This document shows positions 40,461-54,676 of a stretch of 64,000 nt of DNA, in pieces. The stretch's first letter is position 1. Each line of letters begins with the position of its first letter. The notes below the pieces were generated by a model. It searched no databases and was not told the DNA's origin. It saw nothing but the letters and a program-made list of their open reading frames with translations. The translations under genes were made by a program, and so were the position numbers. This stretch comes from Octopus sinensis (Eukaryota): positions 119,784,001 through 119,848,000 of the forward strand of contig NC_042999.1 of assembly GCF_006345805.1 (NCBI RefSeq), given 5' to 3'.

Positions 40461-41983
40461 CTTTTCACTTTCTTTATAATTTGCAACAATAGCTGCGAGG
40501 GCTGCCGTTTCGTTTATCAAGTCTCCTATGTTTTTCTTGATATCAATTGACATCAGTGGCGTTGTTACTTTAGTGCTTAGACTTAAAAGCACTATTAATG
40601 TGGCCATGTTACATTCTAAGGACATGTCTGTTAGAGCGTTTTAGAGAGTTTATTCTGAAATGTTAAAATTATCCGTTTCTTCCTCGTACACTTTATTTTT
40701 ATTATGTTTATAAGAAGAAAAAAAATGATTGCAAACCAAATTTTACTTAACTTAATAGTTGAAAAGTGAAGGGGCTCTGCTTGAATTTTTACAAATTGGT
40801 ATCTTTGCGAGGATAATATACAGGTGTTAAATATATGATATAAAGAATTGGCATAATATGCGGCTGTCAACTAAAATCTATCACACGAGAGGCAAATTTG
40901 TTGTATATACTCACGAAACTTTAATTTCTAAGTTTGAAAAATATATACACAAACATATGTAAATACACATGCAAGTTTGTGTGTGTTTCAATGCTTATGA
41001 ATACAGTGTAAAATGAGTCAAATAATAAACTGCAACGAGAGATTCCTTCAAGAATCTCTCTCTTTTCCAGAGTTTTCTCTTGGTAAACGTTTCATGATTA
41101 TGAATGTATATATTTCTGTATGCGTTTAATAACAAATAAAATCAGACGAGGCGCTTTCTAAGTATGAAAATAAATGTTATTTCTCCTAATATGTAGGGCT
41201 TGAAATAACTTTTCCTATTAATTCCTAACTAAAATAAGACAAAGGGAGACGAAAACCAAATCGCAATGAAAATAGCAACATAATGCCATTGATTTATTTT
41301 ATATAAATAAAAAAACAAATGAAAAAATATTATCATTCTCTTGAATGTTTAACGCATATTTACATAAATAAATATGGAAAAGACAGACCATTTCTAATCA
41401 GCAGAAAATGTTAAATACAAGTCAACTATAAGAGATAACATCCCTTACAGAAAGCTGGCACATTGTATTCATTCTAAAGGATATAACGTTTAAACATTAA
41501 TCACCGTTTTTCAAAATTTCAGTCTAAAAATTGATGGCACATTACAGCAAACAGTAAACGTAAAGTGAGGTCGTGTCTGTGATCCAGTTTCAATTCTTAC
41601 TTGTAATTTAATCGTTTTGTTTGCGTCATTAAAATCTGAACATAAACAATGCATCGAAAGTAAGGGTTTCATTTCTTCATATCACTTCTTGTGCTTCGCG
41701 TTTTCATAGAGAACTTAAACAGAAAACCACTCTATTTAAGTGAATTGTTTTAAATGATAATTTAAAGGTGTTTGCATTTAAAGCAATTTCGCTATAACAG
41801 ACTTATATGTACTAAAAAGAATCTTCATAATCGGTGTAGGTATTTGCAATAAAACAGTACCTCTTCCATCTATAGTATACAAGTTGTACGAAACCTCCTG
41901 GAAGCTCTTTGTGGGTTGAGCAGTGCTACAGGCAGCAGATATTAGATTGAAGTTTACTTAATTGAAAGGAAAAAGATGATTTA

Positions 41984-41996
41984 ATGCTGTCGCTCA

Positions 41997-42046
<50 letters not shown>

Positions 42047-43936
42047 ATAATAATAATAATAATAATAATAAGGATTGACTATAAAAAGGCCTTCGACAGT
42101 ATACCGCATTCATGGATCTTGAAATCGCTGGACATCTTCAAAATTTCCCCTGTGATTTCAAGCTTCCTGAAGCATAATATGTCGTTGTGGAATACGAATC
42201 TCCAATTATACCATTCTAATGGAGTACTTGCCTCAGAGAATATAAACATCAACTGTGGCATTTTTCAAGGTGACTCACTTTCACCTCTAATATTCTGCAT
42301 AGCCCTAATACCCCTTACAAGTGGATTAAACAGAACAGGGTATGAGTATAGAATTGTCAATAAAAAAATAATCCATCTATTTTATATGGCTGACTTAAAA
42401 CTCTATGGTAAAGAGGATTATGAACTTAAAGGCCTATTGCGCACTGTGAGAGCATTCAGTGATGACATCGGGATGGAGTTTGGGCTTGAGAAGTGTGCCA
42501 AGGCCACTTTCCAGAAAGGGAAAGTGAAGACCACAAATTCAGTCGTGTTTGATATTGACACAGTCATAAGAGAGCTTGAGCAAGAACAAACCTACAAATA
42601 TTTAGGGATAAATGAAGGCTCTGGTATTCAGCATGCAAGCATGAAAGAGAAGATCAGGAAGGAATGTTATAGGAGAGTTCGAGCAGTCCTGAAATCTGAA
42701 CTAAATGCACGTAACAAGGTGTTAGCTATAAATTCCTTAGCAGTTCCAGTTGTTACTTATAGCTACAATGTGTTGAACTGGAATATGAGTGAAGTAAAGA
42801 AACTAGATAGGAAAATACACAAGCTGTTGAGTTGTAATAGGATGCACCACCCAAAGGCAGACGTAGATCGTCTTTACCTCTCCAGAGCCCAAGGAGGTCG
42901 AGGCCTGATCCAATTTGAACTAGCTTACAAAACAACCACAATTGGACTGGCCAAATATCTTGAAATAACGAATGACTGGATGCTAAAGTTCGTGGAAAAT
43001 CACGCGAGACGAAAGAAGCTTCATTCTATCATAAAAGAAAGCAAAAAATTTGCTATTGATCTCGTGCAGGATACCCAAACTGAACAACCCAGGGGAAGTA
43101 CGGCAACTATTGTTGCAAAGAAGGTGAAAATAATGGCAACGAAAAAAGCGCACGAGCAATTGGCTGTTAGGTGGGAGGAGAAACCTCTGCACGGCAAATA
43201 TGTGGCCCGTAGCAAACAAGCTGATGTTGACCAGAAGCAACCCCATCAGTGGCTACGGAGCTCAGGGCTAAAAGCAGAGAGCGAAGGTTTCATCCTGGCT
43301 GCTCAAGATCAAAGCCTATTAACCCGGAACTACCAGGCCAACGTGATGAAAAATGGAGCAGACCCAAAATGCCGATTCTGCAATGACATGATTGAAACAG
43401 TGGACCACCTAATCTCTGGATGTAAAGTCTTAGCACCAGTGGACTATAAATTAAGACATGACAGAGTTGGCCAATATCTACACTGGCTAATAAGTCGGCA
43501 TTACAATATCAAAACTGCCGACAAGTGGTATAATCACCACCCTGAAGCTGTAATTGAAGGAGAAAATGTAACGATTCTGTGGGACTTTCCAGTACATACA
43601 GACCGACCCATCAAAGCCAATAAACCGGATATTGTTGTGAAAGACCAAAACAATAAAGTTTGCTTATTGATCGACATAAGCATACCCTGTGATCATAATA
43701 TCTCGGCGAAAGAATTTGACAAGCTCAGAAAATATAAAGACCTGCTCATTGAAATTGAGAAAATGTGGCATCTCAAGGCGGTAACAATACCAGTGATCGT
43801 AGGAGCACAAGGAATGATCAAGAAGGGAACCGAAAATTATATGAGAATGATCCCTGGTTTACCATCCCTGCAAGAAGTGCAAAAGATTGTCTTAACTGGT
43901 ACATCACACGTATTGAGAAGAGCATTGTCGATGTGA
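41984..43936 (+). CDS. TE-derived ORF: microsatellite-encoded poly-Leu/Ile leader fused in frame to truncated Dong/R4 RT-REL
   Basis: 650-aa ORF in the track; residues before RIDYKKAFD come from (CTA)n(ATA)n; the rest is element ORF2. Not a host gene. Confidence 0.5.
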
Positions 43937-44040
43937 GAACTATTACTACCCATGTATACTATGAGTTTCTCTGCCCTAGGAGTCGGGAAGACACTCGGCA
44001 ATAAATGGAAGCAAATGTGAAAGAAGAAGAAAAACCCATA
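42071..44040 (+). mobile_element. Young 5'-truncated Dong/R4-clade non-LTR retrotransposon (RT + CCHC + REL endonuclease) in a TAA microsatellite
   Basis: DYKKAFDSIPH, GIFQGDSLSPL, YMAD (for YMDD), GMEFGLEKCA, YKYLG, CRFC..ETVDHLISGC, RHD, NKPDIVVKD..LIDISIP, KYKDL; ~100-bp 3' UTR; (TAC)n(TAA)n upstream and (AAT)n downstream. Confidence 0.93.
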
Positions 44041-44093
<53 letters not shown>

Positions 44094-44301
44094 CCATCAT
44101 TTCTATTATAAGCAGAAGGCCTGAAATTTCGGAAGAGAGACCAGTCGATCAGATCAACCCAGTACCCGACTTACCACACAACTTGCACAATTCGCTAGAA
44201 AATCCTTATCAAATGATATACAGAAACTAAGAAAACACTTAGTCCACAGAAACACAATTTAATAAAATAACACATATCATTGTGGAGTCGATACCTGACA
44301 C

Positions 44302-44760
44302 TATTTCTTTACTATCCACAAGGGGCTAAACACAGAGGGGACAAACAAGGACAGACAAACGGATTAAGTCGATTATACCAATCTCAGTAGGTAACTCGTA
44401 CTTATTTAATCGACCCCCTAAAGTATGAAAGGCAAAGTCGACCTCAGTGCAATTTGAACTCAGAACGTAGCGACGGAATAAATACCGCTAAGAATTTCGT
44501 CAAGTGCGCTGGCGATTCTGCCAGCTCACCGCATTAATAATAAGAACCCTTTCAACTGGAAGCAGAAGGCTTCAGATTTGGAGGAAGGGATTAAGTCGAT
44601 TACATCGACCCCAGTGCGTAACTGGTACTAATTTCATCGGTCCCGAAATGAGGAAAGGTAAAGTCGACCTTGGCGAAATTTGAACTCAGAACGCAACGGA
44701 AGACGAAATACTGCTAAGCATTTCGCCCGGCGTGCTAACGATTCTTCCAGTTCGCCGTCC
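44302..44760 (-). mobile_element. Two SINE family B copies (44302-44532 and ~44545-44760); 3' fragment at ~44105-44170
   Basis: Reverse complements of 26470-26700, including the ggggctaaacacagaggggacaaacaagg tail; both heads abut TAA repeats. Confidence 0.88.
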
Positions 44761-44762
44761 TT

Positions 44763-44816
<54 letters not shown>

Positions 44817-44819
44817 TCT

Positions 44820-45030
44820 TCTTTGTTGACCATTAAGGGTTCACAAAAATATAGGAACAATACAGGGCAATACATACAATGAAACGTAAAAAGCGATAAA
44901 ATACATTTTAACAGCGAAAAATTCCGAAACACCGAGACTCCACAACATTTGCTCCACCTTTGACTAAAATTTCCCTCTCTTTCCTTTTCAAGTCAAACTT
45001 GAAAACTTTGATTAGGGCTTGGCCAAAGGG
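44820..45030 (-). mobile_element. Tx1/L1-clade LINE 3' end fragment
   Basis: Minus strand GQALIKVFKFDLKRKEREIL..RWS resembles a Tx1-type ORF2 C-terminus. Confidence 0.45.
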
Positions 45031-45049
45031 GAGATTATATCATCATCCC

Positions 45050-47075
45050 TTTCAGTCTGATCCATCGCACAAACTTTCGCTAAGGCCACCAGTGAAAGAA
45101 ACACTGTCTATTCTTCCGGAGAAGCGACGGGACGATCTTCGCAATGGACACAGTCGATAGCTGGATCCTTTCAACACATGACAACAGATGTCCAGCATAA
45201 ACTCACAAGTTAGCAATACATGGATACAGAACAAGAGCGTGCAGAACAGTTTCGTGGCCCTGTGCGCATTTCGGGTAATCCCCGTTGACAGCACATTCAT
45301 GCCTGTAAAGTTTATCTGAAACTGGCAATGCCCCGCTCCCGCTGGTAGCAATGCCAGGCAACCTTTATGGTTTCCCTTAAAACATGTTGGAGCATCATCG
45401 TAAAGAACATAGCAAAGAGTACAGGATCTAAAACAGCCCTGTTTAGTTCCAATGGGAACAGAAAATACCATTGAACATTGACAGTTAGATATCACTATTG
45501 CCACCGTTCCCTCGTGCAAAGATACCATTACGCTTATCATTTTATCAGGAAGATCAACTTCTAACTACATTTTTCAAAGCGCCTCACTATTCACTGTATC
45601 AAATGCATTAGTCAAGTCGAGAAAACCATGCACAAGTCAGTAAGTATTTTGCTCACGTGATTATTCTTGAGCAAAAATTTTCAGGGCTAAAATCATGTCA
45701 ACTGTGTCTCTCCCAGCCCAAAGTTTACATTGGGATTCAAGATATATGCTGTTTACTACATGCATATTGATGCAGTTAAGAATCACCTGCGCAAGAAGTT
45801 TTTTCCAGGTAGGCACAATAACGTTATCCCTCTGTGATTATCACGTACACACTTCTTCCATTTGTTTTTGAACAAGTGCATTATAGATGCATCTTTGAAC
45901 TATTTGGACAGATACGCAGTTTCCCACATCAAGCAGATCAGTTTGCAGTGCTCTCTTACAAGGTGCCTACCACTATATTTGTACACTTCTATGGAAACAC
46001 CGTCTTGTCCTGGAGCTTTACAACCGGAAAGTCTTTTAATAGCAGTAATTATCTCTTCAAAGGAATGATCTTCTGCTTGTTCCTCAATTATAGACGTTTG
46101 AAAGATTTTATTGGTTATTTCAGAATTGGTAGTGGATTTCTGATTTAGTATGAATTTAAAGTGTTCAGCCCATCTCTTCAGAATTTCATCTGTGCTACTA
46201 AGTTTTGAACCGTCATTAGAAAGAATAGGTCCTATACCACACTTTTTGAAATCAAATATACATTTGAGATTATCACACAACGCTCTCACGCAGTGGGAGT
46301 TAGCAGAGGTTCCAGTTCTGGGCCTTTTTTGTCCACCAAGAGCTTTTCCTCAGACGCAATTTTTTGAGAGAAGTTTTATTAAGATCTGAGGGATGATGAA
46401 TATTTGTCTGAGATCTTTTGTGCATAGATTTTAGGAGAGGTTTGATTTGAGAATCATTTCCATCGAACCAATCTTGATTCTTCGCGAATCCTAGAACTTC
46501 CTCAGCAGATGATTTGATGCTTTCACGAAGATTACGCCATAAAACTCCAGGATAATTTATTTTCTTCTATTTTCTCAAGTTTTGTATTTAGATGTGTTCC
46601 AAACTTTTATGTTGTTTCAGGATGTTTTTTAAAAATGTGCATTTATTCTTATGGGAATATTTGGTCTCAATGGCCTTTTTGTATATGGTTCCACGCATAC
46701 CTTACTTAGAATATTCTGTGATCCAAGTAACACTGAAGAGTTTAGTGAGCTCTTGTTAATTTGGCATCACTGCAATCTTTGCATTTAGTTATGACATAAT
46801 CAAGCATGTGCCAATTATCAAATCATGGATGCTTCCAGATGTTTTTATACTTATTTGCCTCCTGAAATATTGTGATTGCAATTATTAAACCAAATTGTCG
46901 ACAGAAATAAAGCAGTCAGTGACCATTTGCATTCATCTTAGCAGTTTCACGCTAATTACCTTCGATACTACTCAATCATGCAGGCGCCTGTACATTAATT
47001 AAGCTACTGGGAAAAAGCTAGCAAATGTGTGCTAATATAGAAACAAACAAGACATTATATTATTACAACAGACAA
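45050..47075 (-). mobile_element. RTE-clade LINE, degenerate (APE + RT), with putative 5' end at 46940-47075
   Basis: EILKRWAEHF, KAPGQDGVSIEVYK, GTKQGC, and a LDNYVI...DH endonuclease segment. Confidence 0.8.
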
Positions 47076-47289
47076 ACGAAGTGTGCATATATAACTGCAT
47101 GAAGTCTTACGGCTTACAATTATACATATACAACAATAACGACAGAAAGAACTTTGCAGCTGTCAAACGAACTGAATGGAGTTGCGCAAAGAGAAAATGA
47201 AGTCCTAGAGGACAGAACGGATGTAGCAAAAGCGTAACCAGTTTGGTCAAAGGTAGGACGAAAAAGAATGACACCACTTTTTTCTGGAC

Positions 47290-47491
47290 ACCAGACCAGT
47301 TTGACAGTGCTCTCTTACAAGGTGCCTACCACCATATTTGTACACTTCTACGGAAACACCTTTTTGTCCAGGAGATTTAAGACTGGAAAGTCGTTTAATA
47401 GCAGTAATTATCTCTTCCAAGGAAGGATTTTCTGCCTGTTCCTCAATTATAGACGTCTCAGGAGGTGCTGAGAGAGGGAAAAATGGGTGAC

Positions 47492-47528
<37 letters not shown>

Positions 47529-48108
47529 GAAGGAGCAGAGTAAGAAAGAGGGAGAAGGGAAAGACGCAAGGGCGGTAAGCGGCTGCCGAAAAAGAAGGTA
47601 ACGATGGAGAAAGAGCAGGTAAGATTAGGGGTGGAAAAAGATAGAGTAAGAGGGAAATAGGGAGAGAGGGAGATAATGAAAAAGAAACGGAGACAAAGAG
47701 AGAAAGAGTGGAGAAAAACAGAGTAAGAGTGGAGATAAGGTTAAGAGTGGCACCAGAATATTCAAGGAATATTTTTTTCATTAAAGTAAGCAAACTATGT
47801 GCATTGCGCTACATGGATATATCAAGGGTTAAACAGAAAGAATACAAGGAGGAATGTTAGGCGAAAGCAGAGTAAACGGGTAAGTTGACAAAAACTAAAC
47901 GGACGGGAAATTAGACAACGACACGATACACAGAATGTTCGCAGCTGAGTTCTCCTCTTCATTCAAAGACGCAAATTATTATAGCAATTTCACGCCAATT
48001 ACCTTCGATACAGCTCAATTATGCAGGCGCTAGTACTTTTATTTAGCTACTGGGGAAAAGTTAGCGAATGTGTACAAAGAAATAAACAAGATATTATACA
48101 ACAGACAA
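47290..48108 (-). mobile_element. Second, internally rearranged copy of the same RTE family
   Basis: ~47295-47457 is a diverged direct copy of ~45940-46098; 47983-48108 is a diverged direct copy of 46940-47075; a GA-rich segment lies between. Confidence 0.65.
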
Positions 48109-48115
48109 GGACTTA

Positions 48116-48177
<62 letters not shown>

Positions 48178-50343
48178 CATACATACGTATATACCTACAT
48201 ACATACACACGCACATATATATGCACACATAAACTTAACTTGTGTGTATACTAGTGTATAAAGAAGTATATATGAGGTCTACTTTTATAATAAACAGAAA
48301 ATAAGTTTTAATTTTACTGAGTTATATCTATACGGTGGAGTGTGTAACAAGACTTATAATCAAAACCTCACAGTTTCAGCTTCCTGTATAAGGCCACATT
48401 CAAATCAAGTGATGTGTCCTGGTTATTAACCAGTCTGCTCGCAGATATATTACGCCTTATAGTAGAACATTCTACAACGTTCTAGATGTTCCTGCGCTTT
48501 TGTGGTTATAAAAGAGAAAGCCCGTCAGAATGGGCCAGAAACGGCCCTTGGAAGCATAAGCAATTAGCCTTTCCAGCGTCAAGTTTTCCTTTGTTGAAAT
48601 TCAACCCGGAGTAAAAGGATTTATTCTCTATTAGGACGAACACACATTATTCTCGCTTCTTACTCGACGCTCATCATTTTAGTTTGTAATTTAATTACAA
48701 CTACTGGCAACAACTGGAAAACTTTTATGTATATACAAATATTTTAAGTTACTTTATTGAGAATAAAATGTATTTCAACTATTATCTATTTGGTTTGTTA
48801 TGAGACAACACACAGCTAACTAATGCCATTCAACAGTGACCCATACACCTAAGTACCACACGTGTTTTGATTTCATAGTTATTGAACCCCGTGTTTCATT
48901 ATTGCGAATGATTTAATAACGGCTACAGAATATAGGTAATATTTGACAGAAGTAGTTAGACTGAATTAATATTGTATGAGATTGTGTAGTGAAAAATCAT
49001 CATCATCATCATCATCAACATGTACCATTGTTTGTCATTCATGTTAAAATCACCAAGCAATTGAAGCATTATATGTAGGAAGATTATTCGTGTTTCCTTT
49101 AGATGATCCATATTGCTTTGTTCTTATCTGTTTTGAATATGTCTTCAAGATGTATGGAAGCTTTAATGTTGTATTATAACCATAAAATATTTATTAAATA
49201 CGGCAGTGTTTTCATGAAATTCAAATCAGAGCAGTTTGGCCTTTGTATAATACTTCTGAGTTGTCTTTCATGCAAGTTCACCAATTGTACGCATAGCTGG
49301 ACGCATGTATTCACCATTTTAGCAGAAGTGGTTTGATGTTTTCCTGTTGTGTTGTGGTGAGATTCTTGGGACTGTGTTGTGGTTCTGTGTCGTATGTTGT
49401 CACCGATGTTGTTGGGTACCATTGTCAAAAGACATTATGCGCAGTTGCTTTAATGAGAAACAAGAAATTATGATGATAAAATATATGATTAAAATTATGA
49501 TGATAAATTACATATTTGAAACATACGTTTTTGAGTAAAATTCGTGAAGTTAGTTATGTGTAGTACGTTATAACCTTTATAATTGCAAATAGTGAAATAT
49601 TGTTGAATTCTAGATGTTATAGAATGATTTCTATATTAAAACAGGATTGTGCTTATAATGTGTAAGGTGTGGCACTACACCTGAGTTGTGGAGCAAGCAT
49701 ATTAATTGATGTCATTTATATATATAAATATATATGTATATGCATATGTATGCATGTATGCATGTATGTATATAAGATAATATAAATAATATATGTGTGT
49801 GTGTTGTGTGTGTGTGTTTTTTATGCTTGTGTGTATATTAGAAATTTGTTTAGACTGAATAGTAACAATATATAAATAAGAAAAAGAAGAGTTTTATAAC
49901 GATAATCTTTTATACAGACTGTTAGTTTAAACTACTTTGAAACATACCTAAGATGTAAGAAGAAGGGTTCAACTGATCTCGTGACGTCCCAAAAATGTAT
50001 TTATTTTGCTTTGACGGTGGTAGTAAAGTAGTATATGCATTCATCTCCGAATATTCGAATAGCTACAGGAGAATGTGTAATATTTGTTATTACAATATAT
50101 AGATATAGGATTATTGTAGAAAAACTTTCGTACTCGAAAAGAAATGAGTCAATACTGCATCCTAACAGAGACTTGTTTGCTTAGATGCAGACATTCTCAC
50201 TTCAATGAAATCCGTGCTTCCATTTTGAAATTAAAATTCGAATATACTGTTCTTGTATCACTAATTAACAGTTTATGGATTAAACGTTCGGCTATTTTAT
50301 ATGTGCGATACATCTTGCGGCAATACATAGACAAACACACACA

Positions 50344-50450
<107 letters not shown>

Positions 50451-51077
50451 TTATGGGAGGCGGGAGTGTAGCTTGATCTCTACAACGATCACCTATTGGC
50501 TATAGAAGACTTTCGCTGGTGTGACATGAGAACTTGCAAAACCGGAAACTTCCAAGGCCTCAGGTTTTATTTTGGCGATTTCCTCCTTTTCGTAGGTAGA
50601 TCACCAACCAAAGTTAAAGAGCTTCTATCCGCCCATGAATTAGACCATCTCATGCCAGACACCAAACCGACACCCAAATGCTCCGTAGTGTGGTTAAATA
50701 TCATGCCGGTGTCCGACGCTGTGTAGCACATACACACATACATACATAAATACATACATACATACATACATAAAAACAAAACAAAACAGAAATAGATTTA
50801 TACGCTTTTATATTTCGTCCGCAGGATGTACAACAATCACCCTCCTCATTTAGAGTTGAGGGGTTGCCGGTTTTGCCGCCGCCGACCCGACCATGTAACA
50901 GGATGTTGTGGGTTACATGTTACCAGTAGCAAATAGGGAGCTACTAATAGAAAATGTATATATATATATATATATATATAGCTCTTATTAGGGCTATTTG
51001 TGCATTATGTATGTATGTATGTATGTATGTATGTATGTATGTATGTATGTATGTATGTATGTATGTATGTATGTATG

Positions 51078-51108
<31 letters not shown>

Positions 51109-54100
51109 GTATGTATGTATGTATACAGTTTAGATATTAGACCTATAAGTGTATAAAAATAGGCATATATTTCCATCAGGCTTGTTCGAAAAAGGAATCA
51201 GTCTGAAATGTCACTTGACCTCTACTTTATCTCTCAGTACACTAATATAAATCGAATTTATGCTCATTTCTAATTTAATTTATTCTGATACAAACAACCA
51301 TTCGCCTGTAAAACGAACCAACTGAGGAAATTGTGTAGTGACGTCTCGATATATTAGAGATAGCCATCGTGTATCATGCACGTCACCATCTATCGTCTAA
51401 AAAAAACGAAGATGAAATTCCGGAAATATATTATGTCTGAAGGCAAAAAGGATGGTCATGGTTGGAATACATTTAGTTATAGATTTGTTCAATTGATACT
51501 CGCATTGTGTCTAACAACAACAGTCCTATTATTCTTCTCACCATGCTTATTTACACTTGAAATTTTTGTCTAGAGCACCAAACAATGACTTCCACTACTG
51601 CTGTTATGAGAACAACAGACAAAACATTACAATATAATACTAAGATGATTAAACAAAAATAATGAATAATATACCTTTCAGGCTTCATTTCTTTGTAATA
51701 TATGACTATTATGATTATTATAGATAATTATGATTAGCCTGATAACGAAATCATCATTGTCACCATCATGGTTGGCATTGTTGTCGTCGTCATCATCACC
51801 AATATTCTCATCATTATTATCTTCTTTATCATCACCACGCCACCTTAAATACAGACACAACCGTCATGTGTACATATTTGCAGCAGTAAAATATGAGCAT
51901 CCTGTAATTGTGGAAAATATGTAAATTCGTAGTCGACACTCAATACTGAATAGAAAATAAATACTGCTATTACAAAATAAATTCTCCCATTTGAAGATCG
52001 TTGACCTCCCTATCTGACTGGTAGTTATTTCGTTGAACCCTGAAACACATGCAAAGTTGACATTGGTGACATGTAAAATTAGAGCAACGAGAGATTAATT
52101 TAAATATCGTAATTAATTTTATTCTGCGCTTTTCGGGTTCAGACTATCCCTACCTTTCTTCCATGAGAAATAACGAACATGATAAAAGTTAAAACAGAAG
52201 AAGAAGCAAAGATTTTAAAAACAACTAAGTGGTGCCGTGGCAATTTCACATATAATAAGTTTTGTTTCATTTTTATTATAAAGAAATGATCGAAGTAGAA
52301 GTAAGACAACATTACTTTACTGATGAAATCTTTTAAAACAAAACTACGTCCATAACTGCTACCTTTCTTAATAAGCATGATAATTAATTCTTAATTTCAT
52401 GAAACTATCTCCCATTTTCTTTGAGAGTCTAAAACCGTTGTCGTTGCGGTTTTGTTCTTTACATCAAATTTCAATTTATGGTGAATACTGTGGAGTACGT
52501 CACTTATTGTTATCTACCCCATCCAGTTCTAACGTCTTACTTGTCATACATCCAGAGTCTATTATTGCAGAAGGTGAAATCAAGTTTTCTCAACACAGTA
52601 CTTGTTGTAGCTCGATTCACGGAAGTCAGTCGACGTAGTCATAAAAGATCCATAGTTACTCTCTAACAGTTCAGCAAAGAAGGACACAACAGTCTGAAAT
52701 AAGATATTATGCACTACCTGAGATCCATTAAAGAAAACCCATCACGGTTTAACACCCATGATGTGTGTTTGCTATCGGGCTTCAGTGCATGTGATGATTT
52801 GATTTTGCAGAGAAGCCCAAACCTCAGTTAAAGGTAGAAAAGCGATATTCAGCAGTGTCAGCAGTGGGATGTGTGCCTCAGAGTATGTTAGAGATGGAAG
52901 GCCCTGGTGCATTTCTGAGGAATATTAAGACCAGAGCTTCAAATCACAAATTGATGTCGGCTCTTTCGTTGTAGCAATCTGAGTACCGTGCGCTTCTGAA
53001 ACAAAGAAATACCATCAGCTGTGTTGTTTCCTCGCTCGTGAGAGCATACAAAAAGGCTGTTGTATAGTTTGAGGAATTCATAAATTTCTGGCGGCCTGTA
53101 CCAAACATCCGTTGCATGTACTTATTGAGAAGTGCCGTCAGTGTCTATGAGGTGAGATTTTGGTAATCTTCGAAAACGAAACCTGAACACAACTTGGAGC
53201 CTCTGACTGAATATGTTTTCAATCCACACATCCGCTCAGCATCGATCAATGGTGCTCTAACACAGCAGTGGCAGAGAGATTTTTCTCTTATTATCCGAAA
53301 TCTTGGAGCTGCTATTGTGGTTTCTCTTGCGATCTTCTATTTTGCATCTTCCATTTTGGGCAGAAAAGAAATGATTTCTTCTACTACACATGTTGCAAGA
53401 GTTCTTTCTGTCCTTAACAATCATTGTAATTAGTTCATTTACTGCGTTCTGTATAGGATGGTTTCATGGCCTTTACCGATAATCATTCCATAGGGGTCTA
53501 GGTAGATCTCACTCAACTAAATGTTTCTGGGGCTCACTTCTGTAACGTGAAACTGGTAATGAGCAACAGTTAAAATGAATGTCAGTAAACCACGCCGTCA
53601 TCCTCGTGTTTCTTATGTCCATGTACTATATCAGTACTAGCGGGTATGCATGTAGCATTTAGGTCACGATTGTGTCCTCTCTTTATATTCAGGCTAAACT
53701 ATAAGGAGTACTTTTCCATAGACATTGCCTAGGTTAAAAGTACAGTTCGTGCCAATTTGTACCAATGAATTCGAACTTTTCTTTCGAAATCATGAGGAAG
53801 CATTGTCCAACTTTTTTGAAACAGCAGCATGTCATTAATACTCCGTGAACTGTGTTATACAAAATCTTAAATCAAAGAAGCATTTACTTTTGCGACTTGA
53901 CTCTTCCAAACATTTTGTAATTCCAGTGGCTATGAGGCATATTTCCACATATGTTTATATACCAGAAAACATGTTTCTGTATCATTGTTGTTGACGATGT
54001 TTGCGGTGTTGTTATGACTATTATTACTGTAGCTGTTAGTGTATACTGCAGAGTTTATGATGCTGCTGCTATTGCTTCTCTTGTTTGAATTGACATGAAC

Positions 54101-54634
54101 AACATTAATATTATTTTTAATTGTTCAATTTGCGATTGTTCATAGACGCTTGTTTACTTGTCACGTCGTCTGCTATTATTGTTTTTACAAGTATGTGGTA
54201 ATCTGGTTTTAAAACTTGAGGACTATTTTGTTCTGTTTTTGTTATCGTAACTCCTACTATTTTGTGGTAATTATCTCTGAATTCATTAGATTGAAAACAG
54301 TAAAACTGCAAATAACGGCTCGTTACTGAAAACAACAACAACAACAACAAAAATCAATGTAAAAGTGAACATCTTTTATCTCCCCGGATCAGGAAGCACA
54401 GTAGACGTCGAAAAAGGAGACCTATTTAACCAAAAATTCGGAAGAAAATTTCATTTGTAGCAGGACCTTTGTAAAACACATCTTACATTAAAACTAAGAT
54501 AGAATAATGAATAAAATAAAAGGATATGTATGTTCTCCATGAACAGAAACACAGGAACATTTCAATCTGATCATACGGCAACGCCGTTCCTCAACAACCT
54601 CAATATATAATCTTTATATATGCGTATATTTATG

Positions 54635-54676
<42 letters not shown>

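Noticed and set aside
52640-53450. BEL/Pao or Gypsy gag remnant (minus-strand REKSLCHCC..)
   Set aside because: A single degenerate Cys cluster with no protease, RT, integrase or LTR support.
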